DNA of 64,000 nt from Catajapyx aquilonaris. Lineage: Eukaryota. The notes under the pieces were generated by a model, which was not told the origin of the DNA, ran no database searches, and worked only from the letters and a program-made list of their open reading frames with translations. The DNA is taken from positions 1-64,000 of the forward strand of contig JYFJ02000883.1 in assembly GCA_000934665.2 (NCBI GenBank), read 5' to 3'. Of this stretch, positions 23,601-36,600 are shown piece by piece. The number at the start of each line of letters is the position of its first letter. Position 1 is the first letter of the stretch. The position numbers and the translations under genes are program-made.

Positions 23601-26600
23601 CATGGACAAGCTGCCGGTACACACATAGGCCTATAAAAATTTAGTGAGTAATTTCACACCATGCAAGACAGGTCATCTATAATGAAGCCTGACACGCGAT
23701 AGGGCTCCACGTTTCAATTACTTTGAGATTTCTCAACGTCCCTGGCAATCGCTTAACGTCAGCCATTTTGTAATTGACTGCCGCATCATTTCGAATGAAG
23801 AGGACCAGACAAATTTTTTTTAAACGATCGTGCATGATGCCCAGGAGGTCCCCTGAAGATATATCCCGCCCCAATGTTATGCAGGGCTTGGGAGGTGGGC
23901 TGAAAAGAAATTAATTGCAGGTTTGTACTTTTTCCATGGGGTGCCTTGGAGCAAAAGGGGGCTATGGAGAAATATGACGTCTGAGAATTGGTTCCTATAT
24001 AAAGATGGGCGGCATCTGGGAGACTAATCACGGCCGGTCGGAAGAAAAAGGGACAAAAGAAAAAGGGGGGAACTGCTGAAGGGTATGTCTCAAATGGTGC
24101 GGGGGATGTTTGGTTCCTTTTCCTGTGCCCTCCCTAAAATAAGGGGGAGGTCACCCCGGAAATGGAGGGTTGGAACCACCCTTCCGCTGAGGATGACCTT
24201 TGTCTTGTTTGAGAGAGAAGGTCCGCATGGTGCTCAGATTATAGTCGAGGAGAAGTTTACGAGGTTTATGCAGTTGGCTGGGACACAGCTGGTTCTATAT
24301 GCATATGCTGGCCCAATCTGTGTATGGTAATAATGGCACTTAACTAAATAAAAAGTACTGTCCACGGAAAGGAAGGACAGAATTGAATTAAATATCAACA
24401 ATTCTTGTAGCCCTGCCAGTCACGGTAGGTCGCATTGCACGCGAGCGACAGCCAGTTGGGCTGTCCGTGCCGCAGACCAGCGAACGTTATTGTGGCTTTC
24501 CCAATTTGCCATGGTAACCCGTGCCACTTTTACCGTGCCATTTTTATCTACATTCGGTATAGGCCTAGTTATTATTCATATACCCAGCATGGGTGGCAAT
24601 GTATGTGAAATAACTAGACCAGGTCACAAATGACAAAGTCACACTCTCTAAAGGTCAAGAGAGACCAGACGAGATGTCACCATTGTGTTCAAGCTACACC
24701 CAATTATTTATACCTGCGATATATTTTGTCCTCAATCCTTCAGCACCCTTGACACCCAGCTCGGTTTCACTCGGTCGCCAACTGCCATGCTTGACCTCCA
24801 TAGAAGCCGGTTCGAAATAAATATCGGTTCCAACAGTAATTGGATCAAAATACACTGGTCCAGAGGCTCAGACAGAATCGCTTCTTCCAGAAAAAGAAGA
24901 TCTCAGCTTTTCAGTAGGGGTTCTCCCAAAATCCGGGCCATAATTTCATTGCCTATCCCCCCCCCCCCCCAAACCTCAGCTTGTAAGCCTCTTTTCAAGG
25001 GGGGCGGAGAAAGACCTTTCTTCCAACACGGCCAGTTTTCCCTTTAAGATGAGGAGGAAGAAAAAAAAAGAGCTTGGTAATCCTGGGAGGCGTCTCTTTG
25101 GCACAGCATGGGATACGATGGATGGATGCCTGCTGGCTGGTGCCTCTCCTCTGGGACCACTTCCCAAATGGTGTTTTCGGCCCCCGATGTGGGGAAAGTC
25201 TTAAGTACAGGGTGAACCAGATGGCCCTCAGACTACTCTACTTGTAAAGGTCGGGTGCGTGACCTGAACTTTCGATTCACCCTGTATATATCCCACCAAT
25301 GTTTCGAAGGCCACAAGCGCGTGCAATGCTTGGTCTTCACGGACGATTAGCTCGGTGGTCCAAGCTTCGAAATGGTCGCTACCAAAGTCCCCATTGTCCA
25401 ATTTAGAAGGTGGCCCACCTACAGGGCGAGGCTTCAAAAGAACTTCTTTCTTCTAGTTCTCCTCCCCGACGATTTAGAGAGGGGGGGACAGCCCACCCTA
25501 CTCATATTATACGCTTTCTTTGGTTTTTCAAAAGGCGCTTCCTCACTTATAAAATACAGTAGTGGGTTTTATAGTAGGGGGGGGGGGGAAATAGTTCATG
25601 CATATATGCAGGAAGTTGGGTCTGTATAAATTGTCGGCTTCTGAAGGCTCAATGGGGGGTACCGTCATGAGCAACAACGACGCTGACAGCCGAAAAAAAA
25701 TACTTTTTTAGTATTATACTCAGACAAAATAGATGAAAATACACGTACCAATATTCGCAATATCTGATAACAGGCCTTAAAATAGAGCTGAGATAACGCT
25801 ATCAAACGATGATAACCTCCACGTTTGCTCATGAGTGACACTCTAGGGTCATCCGGTATGCGATGGAGGCAAAGGAGGTTGCGACCTGTACAGGGTGTGT
25901 CCCAGTGTCCCTGTGCCCTACCGATGATCCCTGCATCCTCTCTCATTCAAGTCGCCAAACAGACTATGTTATACCACCACCCCTACTTCCGTTTTTAGAG
26001 GGTACCGCCCACGGAAGAGGCTGCTACGTGGGTGTCCCTTACATTTTTTTTTCCAACAAAAGAAGGATTTCGCTCAGTAATTACGCGGAGGTGCGCGACT
26101 CGACCGGAACCTCCAAAAAATTAGTCGTTGAAATATCCATTAAAAATGGATCATCTTCACCTCTCTGAAGCGCGCACCTGGCTCAACACGTGACACTGAT
26201 TCATCAACGTAAATTATTTAACTCCCAAATTAATTTCCAGCCGATTGCAAAACACCGATTTGGTTCCCATGGAAAGTCACACCGGGCACCATTTGACTTG
26301 TGTGTGAACCAAAGTTCTGTGCAAATCCCTTTCCCTACAATAATCAGAACCGCCCATTAATTCTCCCCCTCTTGTAAAATTGCATGTTTAGCATTGCAGA
26401 TTGAGTACCCAAGGTGAGTTTTATCCCCCCCTCCCCTTGCCTGAAAAAGCCATACGCAAGCCCATTTGACAATAATGGGTCCCACGCAATCTGATAATAA
26501 AAGTGAATCACTGTTTCCTCCAGAGATGACTCCGTCTAGTCCTTATAACATGGAGGGCGTCCCCTTTTATTATCATCATCAAAAGCAATTTTGTCTACGT

Positions 26601-29600
26601 TCCACATTAGCATGTCATTTCCCGAGTGTGACAAGCCCTCACTCGATCTGGATCGACCAAATCCGGATGCTGATTAATCGAATAATTCGGAGGGGCCGCT
26701 GCGGGACTGCTTAAAAAGCAATCGGAGTGTATGACTAGGCGATATATTCACAGGGGGAAGTCTTTTCGCCTTTCTAAATCCATTTTGGTATACTGATAAG
26801 AATATGCAGGATTCCGAAAGGTGACTGGCTTAATTTCCGATGCCTAATCGATAGTCAGATGCAATTATTGAAGCTCCGGGTCTTAAATATTGCTTGCGAC
26901 ATGGTTCTAATTAAGAAGTTGAGAGCTCACTTCGATTCAGCAGATTATCAGCTATTTTTTTATATATATTTAAATAGAAACGGACCAAACATTAATTTGG
27001 AGGCTTTCAACGGTTGCGTCCAAGCTTCTCCAGCAGTAGACCAAAATCAGATTGTGTGTAAAAATTTTCAGGCGGCTCATAAATAACAGTGTTATCACAA
27101 ATCCACAGCGCCATGCATCTTCTCCAAACTACTGTTTGGAAGAAAGAAAGAAAAAAAAGTAGTATAGGGGGGTGAAATATCTCTATTATCACAAGCATGA
27201 ACCGGCATCGTGAGTGATAACAACGTCAGACGTGATTATAATTCTGTCCAACAACTGCACATCCAACACAACTATATACAAGGGGTTAGCTACCTTCTCT
27301 TCCAAAAAATGAAACAAAAGGTGCACGACCATCATGTAGTAATTTCCACCGCTCATTACACCCTCTCGAGAGCACTGACTCCACCCGAACGCCGGGTATG
27401 ATTGGTCCAACCCTATTATGTTACTTAGGTGTGGTTCCTGGTAAAGTTCCGCAATGTCATGAGAACCGCCCTGATATGGCCGAGAAAAAAAAAAGATGGT
27501 AAAAATGTCCTGAAGGAAGTGTGTTGTTCTACGATGCGAGGTGAGACGAGACAGACACCGCGTGTGGGTAATTACTCCTCCTTCTGTAATTAATAAGGTG
27601 CTTACTCTTTAGTTACTGGGGGTATCAGCGTAACTGTACGTGTTGATGTGTGCAGGTCAGAGGCACCGGCAGCTAACACACGTTCCGCAATTCGTGGTCA
27701 GGGAAGAAGAAAAAAAAGACGAGTAGGAACACGGTACAGAGGTACACGCACTTGTTCAAAAAAATGCCGGAAATGTTGTCACAGAATGTTGGTGACACTA
27801 ATAGCTGGAAGTGTATGTAGCCCAGACATACATAACAACAAACTTTCTGCTTTATATTAGAGGTACGTAAGATATTGCAACATTTAAAAAAATATTTGCT
27901 ATCAGAGAAAATTACATTGCAATCACTACACTGCAGATGGATTATCTCAATGTCTGTCGTTGCATTAGTATTTGACTCGGATTTGTCAGGATTTGTCCAG
28001 ATCAGTCAACACAAAATCTAGCGGATTTAGTTGCGTACGTGCTTAGCTTTTCCAATCCTGTGTCTCAAAAAACCGGTCGTAATAAAGAAAAAAAAGGCTA
28101 ACCCGAATCTTGATGTGTGGCAAAGGCGGTGCCGACCGTATATACAAAAGCTGCTCTTGCTTATTAATTATCCCAAAAAAAATTCCGTTGTTTCTGTTGT
28201 CATACTCTGCATGTTACTTCCCTTACCCTGCTTTGCAAATATGATACCGACCCGGACTGACGACCGTGGAGACAACTATTGCAATTATTCATAAAGACAC
28301 ACAAGTCTAGATGGAGACGATACACACCCTCGCACGTCTCCAGCACACGCACAGCACATACCACCAGTGTCGGTGGCATATGTCCAGAGGTCTTTGACAC
28401 TACTCTTCTCTCCACACCCTGTATCCAATATGTTTAATGCAGAGGCTATGCCAAGGAGTTAATTGCTCTAAGGCGTTGAAGGCTGTTTATAATCTGCTGG
28501 TAATTGGTGCAGTGCCAAAGGAGTGTATAGAAAAAAAAAGAGTTTACCATATCTCAAAGGGGTTTAAAATATATGGGTGCAGAATGCTAATTGGGTTGCC
28601 AATTCTCACCTCGTTACCACTTCAATTTTCTAACCGCCAATAATGTGAGAGAGGGTCATAACTCTTGGGCTAGACAATTGCTGGAATTTTAAGAGAGGCA
28701 GTAGCAGATATTACAAACGCATCTTTGCATTTGAAATAGTCTACAAGATGTGTGTAGGTAAAAGTTCATTACATTTGCATTAAAATTAACCTCCAACACA
28801 GGTTAAAATTAATGGAAAATAATGCATCGTGTGTTCTTTGAACGTATATAAGGTACACATCCATTAGACAATTTGCTGGAAAATCGCTTATGTAATAACC
28901 ATATTCTTATGAGAATGATAAATTATGAACGGCTGTGTGGTCCTCGCTTAATATCAAACGGACCTTCGAAATGACTTTCATATAATAGAGAGGCATGATG
29001 TCATTACTTGAACGAACGTTCATTTATTTTAGCTGGTGGGTGGGCATGCAATATTGTGCGGCAGTATCGACCTGTGAAATGTTCGCAATATTTGGTACCA
29101 ATTTTCTTAATTTCCATCCAACCCCGTTGTACTTATCCAATTGTTAAGTGCTCCAAATTCATGACCAAATTACGTACAATATTAGAGCCAACATCTCGCC
29201 TACTACGAGTGACGTATTTTAATCAGGAAATTCCAACCTCTCCTACTGCACATTTCTTCGAAGATAATTTTTGCCCCATCATGCTAATAATAAGACATCC
29301 GGTTCTCACGATTTGCACCAAAGTTTTGCATTCCTCTCGACAAGTTGCCGGCTAAACGTTCGCCGAAAAGTGAAACTGCAAATCTGTTGTCCTTCACTTT
29401 GCCGTGCACCAGACTCGGGCCAAAATGTGAGGTTGGAGACCTTGGGCGTGTCCTCACCCATTCGAATTCCAACTTTCTTTTTTGCTTCAATAATATTCTG
29501 AGACTCAACACACACACACACGCATTTCTTTTCCAAACGCATATTTTTGTAACATTCCGTTACGTCAATTTTACTGAAACCCAATAATTTTAAGGTACCA

Positions 29601-32600
29601 TATGGACCTCAGGCGGGTATATTTTTTTGTATACTTCTTAAAGGTTGGCGTTAATAACCGGAGCCGAGCAAACCACGAAGACCTTCCGGCGCAACGTGAT
29701 AATCAGGTAAGCTCGAGGTGGGCCACTTGGGCGTGGAACCCTACTTTACCTGAAGGCATTTCTTTTTTTTTAAAGCCGTTATATCCCCCCAACAGGAGCA
29801 TCAGTTGAAAAAAAAGCAAAGTCATGTCTCGAAAGAACATAAAGCGCTTTGTCACATACCTTTTCTTTTTAGAGGTGATTCAGCAAGAGGTATGATGTGA
29901 CTCCGGGCTTGATCTGCTCTTGCCAAGTCGTGAACAATAGAACTTGGGATTGCTGCCAGCGGAATGTCATAATTGTTTACTCATAAGGCTCCTTATTGCG
30001 GCGCCAGAAGGCTTGATGATGACGCGGATGGCTAGGGTACGTTGATCTGAAAATATGAGGCTCTTACATTTGTCAACACTGGTTCAAGGTAAGTGTGTAC
30101 AGTGCGCTAAATTTGAACATTTATCAGGCTGCGCGTTAAACGTACAAACTGTTATCGTATGTTTGCCAATTTGCTGGAATAATAAACCTTCAGCTACTAA
30201 CTTCCTGATCTGTCCTGAACATTGTGCAGCTGATGTAATAATTTAAAAAAAGCGGCAGAACCTGAAACCATTACTGGTGTAGTAATATACAGAGATTGGA
30301 TCGCATTATATGAAAGGCCTTCCTGAAATCAGAAGCCTCGAAAGGGTCCCGGCACTATTAAGCTGTCATGAAGGTGTGGCAAGCGATCAACGCAACACAA
30401 GCGACGCTTAAAGCCCTTTAAAAAATATATGAGACACAATTTTTGAGCCGGAAACGAGGTCTGCTAACAAATCACCAGATTTTGCTAGGGTAAGCCAATT
30501 TTATACGGTTTAAAAAAAGGATATATGTACAGTCCCCCCTCCTTTAAAAAAAAATGCTCATAAATTGCCTGGTACACGGACAGCCGGTCCCTTCCAAATT
30601 GAATTAACTGGCCCAAGGGTTCCCAATTGGATTTCTAGGCAACAGCTGCCCAACAAGGACCCAACCGCCTGCGGTCTTTTGCACAAAGACACCCTCCTCC
30701 TATAGACCAGTCCGGATTTTTCGAGAGAAAAAAAAAATAGGGGGTGTCCTGTATCCACTAGAAATGGGCTTAGATTTCCTATTGGAACCATCGAGGTGTA
30801 AAGTTATTCAGACCCAATTCAACGTGAGAGGGCTCATCTTCATTATGCTCCACTTTACTTCAGAGTCAATAGAGACATTTCACAGGGTGGATAACAATGT
30901 GCGTACACTTCCTCCTTTTTTTCTGGTACAATTTTTTTTTTAAGCTGCGTGTAAGGGCGTATACCACTCATTCTAAGCACACCTGTCGGGCGAGGCGGAA
31001 TTTGGTTAGACTGCGTAAGTGTATTGCATCGGAGTTGACAACAATAACAAGCGGAGGAGTGGCAAAAGGAACGAAAAGAAAATATTCGGTCCGCCCACTT
31101 GGAAATACAAAGGTCTCGAGCCATTGTGGGCGCGCATATGTTGGAGCCAAAGTGCAACAAAAAAAGAAGAAGAAGAAGAAATAATGATGCTCAGTATTCA
31201 AATGAAAGCAGTCGTGCAATGTACCGAGCCCACACTTTAAAAAAACGGTACACACATTTTGGAGTTTAACCGTTACAGTACTGTACGTAAAAATGCGGTT
31301 AACGCCCCAAAATAATTCGGAATATGTTTAACCTGTGTGGTCAAAACAGTTCTTTGTCCTGTGATGTCTTCCAGAAAACGAACTGCAATTTTTGTCCATT
31401 GCTGTCCTGTACGGTATGTTTTAAAATGTAGGTACAACACACAGGTTAATTCTCATAAATCTTTGCCCTTTCCGTGCGTAACGCATCTTGACCTGTGCAC
31501 GGAATAGTTCAAGTGTAATTAGTCAGTATCGGAAGAGCCAAACCAGGATTCCTTGGCGGTATCCATAAAACCTTGACCCTGACCATATCGTTCCATATGA
31601 GACATGCAATAGGGTGGAAAGGAACTAATTGCTCGCTTAGCACATCACCTTTCGTGCTAAGGTGTTACCCACGAAAAATTCACGCGCCTTTAAAAAAAAT
31701 ATGGATGTTAATTGGAGGTCACTCATAACTTGATTGTGCCTTATTACCATATCAAATCATCTGGTTATGGCGTCTATAAAAAGCGTGCTCAACCATTGTT
31801 CTGTGAGTCGTTTGGCCTACTGTCAAAATAAAAGGATAGATTTGTCACGCAGTTTTTTATGGATGGACAAAAGAAAATACCTAGGGATGTGCTAAGCATG
31901 ACTAAAAATTTTCTTTTCGAAAGGATGAACGTGCCCTTTTTGGTTTAATCGGCTGAGAAGGACTCCTTGTGTTTTCTATTTGCACACAATCCTCCTTTGT
32001 GGTCTTAAAAAATTTTCCTAAGTCATAATACGACAGCAAACGACGCTCACATTTCTACGAAAAAGGACGGGCTTAAAAACGCTTTCTTCTTTCCCCTCCC
32101 AAAAAATGGTTGTGCCTACAGACTGCATCTGTCAACTGGCCACCAAATCATTCAGCCCATCTGATCTGTCAGAAAAACTCTGAACCATAATCCGATTAGG
32201 AGGACCAAACAGAAAGGACCTCGTGTCTGCCGAATTCACCACCGAGTTGTTTCAGCGGTCGCCCAACTATACGGTAATCAACGCCAAATCCCCAACTGTC
32301 GATCAGGATTTGTCTTTTTTTTCTGTGTCCCTCTGTACACTGCAAGAGTGTTGCACTAAACGGTCCAAAAGCTGATTGTTGCCCATTTAATTTCCAATTT
32401 TCAGTCTGAATATTCATCGTTTGGTCTACTAAATATTATTTTTTTGTCCCACTGTTGGCGACCTGTACTCACGGAGTCGCCATAACGACCCAACCCATAC
32501 ATTAACCACTAAGCACAGCGTCACGAATCTTATGGGAGAATGATGGTAGGCCCTAGCTGCTTTTGCACGGTGAGTAGAAAAAAGAAGAGGATTTTTCCCC

Positions 32601-33674
32601 CCAACGATCTACATTGTCCACCTCCGAAAAATTTACTTTGACCTTGGTTCAGGATGGGGGGCGCCTTCAGAAGGCGAGGCGTGAAGCTAGGACAATTTAA
32701 GCTTATTAACAGATTACGAGAGCGTGATTTTTCTAAGGTGGTGCAGGTAAGTCCAAAAGCGGTAATTCTAGATCGTGACCCGACAGCCAACTAAATTTTT
32801 TATAAAAAAGTATTCTAAGACGATCCAGATTGATGCTGTGCACTCAGAAAAACCGGACTACTTTTTTTTAATATACGAAAATCGTTGTCAGTCATGCGTC
32901 TTAATTGGACACTTGTGCATGTACACAGTGCTAATGGGACCATTTCGCACATTATGCTTATGAAAAATTTAAAGGAATTTTCAGTGGTTAGCAGCTCACA
33001 AAAATATTCCCACGAATTACGCTCGATTGATCCTTCCCATTTCTATTTTTTTTGAGGGGTTTAAAAAAAAAAAGTATCCCTTCAGGGTTCATCCTCAATA
33101 AAGCTTTCCACTCGAGGGGCACCAGTCAAGTGCCAACATCCATCAAAAAAGAGCCCGTCTCAACACCGCTTGATTGATTACACACATTGCGAGTATGTGT
33201 GTACTTCCCCCTTTAAGAAGACTGTCTTACATATGTGACCAGTTAAGAAGTTGATAGGATATGATGTGGTTACGACATTGACAGTGCATCGCTCTCCCTT
33301 GAGGGGTTGCATCGCATTCCTTTGGTCCCCATATGCCCTTTCGAAGCATGGTTTGATTTACACACTGACAGCTCACAAGTAGGTTCCCTGATATTTTACA
33401 GCTTTCTCAGAGTATCGGGTGCAGAGTTGCGGACCGTTTGGGTTAGGGTAACATGATCGGTCAGCACAGCTGGAAACAGGCGCAGGAATGAGACGTCCAA
33501 AGAAGAAAACACCCTTTATTATACTGGGCGCTTAGAAAAGTTGACAAAAATTGAGTACCACGAAATATCCACTGCTTAAAATATTGTAGTGCCAATAATG
33601 CAGTTCAGATCTGATTTTTTAAAAATAGTCTTGTCGTTTTACACCAGCCTACTGATAGTACTGTTTGTGGCACA

Positions 33675-36600
33675 TTAGACGTATGACATAGTCCTGACTG
33701 TGACGTCGTTAGGATTGATCCCAGTTCGAGCCAGGTTCTTCATGACTGGAAATGACCTGGGCGGAACAGTGGGCTGGGAATACACCGGATTGTGTTGTGT
33801 CCTCGCGTCTTTTGGTTGGTCATAGTCGTTCATGACTATGGGATTACGGATAGGCAAAGTTCTGTCCCGGTTGCGCGTGTAGCTCCGGAAAGTGGAAGTG
33901 GACGGATGTGACCTGAGGGAGTGCTCTGACTTCCAATCGGGGTATTTCTGACCGCTGCTGTCGCTTATGTCGTCTACGTCGTCTGATGACTCGTCGCTGA
34001 TGCTTGGTCTTGTCTGAGGCGATGTAATGTTGGTGTGCTGCGGCAACATTGCGACCATTGGGTTGATCTGCGCTACTCTGGGAGGAGTCACGGGTCTCGG
34101 ACGGTTGCGTCGTAACTCCACTGAGTTGTTCACTGGCGACACGACAGGGACAGACGGTGTCGCCGATGTCTGCAAATAGGACAGTCACTTAACAAAAGTA
34201 TGTATGAAAACACCGATGACATACCTGTGAATACTCAGGCAGCAAGTCCGGCTCCCCTTGCCGTTGCCGTTCCGCGTGTATGATCTGACCATTGTCTGAC
34301 ACAATCCGGAGCGAACCGTCGTCGTCCTGCAGATACGCGTTGCTGATGTACACATTGTATCGAGGTTTGTCCCTGGTCTCTTTGGCCCTCTTCATACAGT
34401 AGCAGAAGATGAGAATGATGACCAGAAGAAGGGTCAGAAAAGCACCGACTCCGCCGATTATGTAGCATATCTGCGCTAACGTCAACGACACTCCGACAGG
34501 CTTCGACGTCGTGGTGTTGAACACAATCGGAATCGCGGTAGTGGTTGTGGTCGTCGTGGTTGTAGTAAAGTTATATTTTCTGGGACTGGGCCTGGTATAG
34601 TTGCTTGTGTTGCGTGTGGTGACCCACGAGGTATGGAAAGGCGTGGTGCTGGGATACTCCAGAAGGAATGTCACCGTGTTGGATATCGGTGACTGGTTCG
34701 ATGCTTCGTCCAGGCTTCGAACACACACATAGTATATCAATCCTACACCGTTGGAAGCGGCTCGTTCTATCTGAAGGGATATGTTCTGGAGTCGAGCATG
34801 AGGCGTGTATTCGGCAACCAGTGGCCCTTTTAGTGGACACTGGGACGTGCTCAGGTTACGAGGTTCTGATCCGCACAGTACGGTGTACTTGAAAGCTGCC
34901 GACATTATAAAATAACATGATCATAAAAATGTTCATAAAGAATCAAAATAATATATGACTTGAGACAAGGAAAATAACTATAGGTTATGTCTGCACATAG
35001 ACACGGGTCTCGGATTTTTCGCCCCACCGTTTCGCCCCGGCGTATTGCCCCCCGTGACAATTTACACACGAGGCCAGGTCACTTCTCTAGAAATGCCCAG
35101 CGGAATGCTTCAAAGTGGAATATGTCACGGGGCCAATATTCCGGGGGCGAACCGGCGGGGGCGAAAAGTCCGGACCCCCATAGACACACCAGGCAACCTT
35201 ATTGAAAGTTTGCATATCAGGCCTTGACTATAACCCTTGTTTTTCCTAGAGCAATATATTTAGACTTGGCGTACCAAAACCGGTTGTGTAGTTTCCACCG
35301 GGTATGCTCCATTCAAGTTGCAGATTCTTCCTTGGAAAGCTGGTGATTCTGAGGTCCGCCACTCGACTCGGAGGGTACACATCGGTGTCTATGTCTTTGT
35401 CCAGATAGAAAGTTAATCCGGGGCTGAGTATTTCGAAATCTGGGATCCGCCTTGTCTCGTTGAACTGGACTCTGCTGCCACAACATGGGGTCCACATGTC
35501 TGAAACTACGAATACCTCACTTTACATACGGATACTCCAATTTGACGTGACTGTAGCGTACACTTGCCATTTTTTTGTTCGGAGCGTATCGCAGATGTCA
35601 TAAAGGCGGCTCTGTCCTTACTAGTCGCCTTAATCTGAACGTAGTAGTACCCGCGGTAATTAAACTTGTCAAAATACGCGGAGTAAATTCCGTCTCCAGC
35701 AGTAATGTCTGGAACTGATAACATAGAGGTTGCAATTAAAAATAATTGTCCCACAATAAATGGGTATGACAAACCTCCGCTGCCATCGTCAATCAACAGA
35801 ATCTCAGCTGTCCGAACGTGTTCATTTGGACGAAACACGAGGGCTTCGACAGTGACGTTGGACAAGGGACGTCCGAGTCTGTCCACCACTTCGGCGTACA
35901 AGATGGTCGGAAACTGAAGAGGATTGGCTGGACTTGTGGCGGACTTCTTGTCAGTCCAACCGCGAACTGTGATCACAGGAATCTTTCGGTAGTCCATTCC
36001 AGTCAGCTCGTATCTCAAATCGAAAAACACTCCTTGATTTCGAATGTCACCACCTACATTCATGTCATATGTCCAATTTCCAGCCTGTAACACGATTGAT
36101 ATAATTATGATTAGCCCTATTCTGCTACACATAAAATAAATATTGTCCAATGAGCACTTGCAAAAGTAACCGCAAATTGGTGTGAACTTTAGAGAATCAG
36201 TTGTGCAGGTCGGTTACAAGCGCCTGCTGCATTTTATGATTTGTCATAAAATTTAATCTGCCCGTTTGTTTCCTGCGCATTGTTCACTCTCACAGCCACA
36301 AGGGTTATTGTAAGATTGCAATATTATTTCAGGTGGAAATGGTGTCAATAATTTCACATAGAAATGGGTTCCAGTCTGAATTCTTTTGGCTTGTTTGTGT
36401 TGTCATAAATATAGCTATACAGTTTCTAATGTTTAAATCCAAACTCTAGATCAATTCTCCTTAGGCATATCTAAAAACATAACAATAAAATCAGCATAGG
36501 GCTTACCTGAAATGCACACTTGCTGTCAATCAAACCAGTGTAACACATGGTAATGTTTTCCACAAACACGGGCGTAATGATGCAATTATCATGTAACGGA

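Noticed and set aside
14900..28100. Several ACCGGT (Grainyhead-like) sites in the long intergenic interval
   Set aside because: The count is close to chance expectation for a 6-mer over this length.
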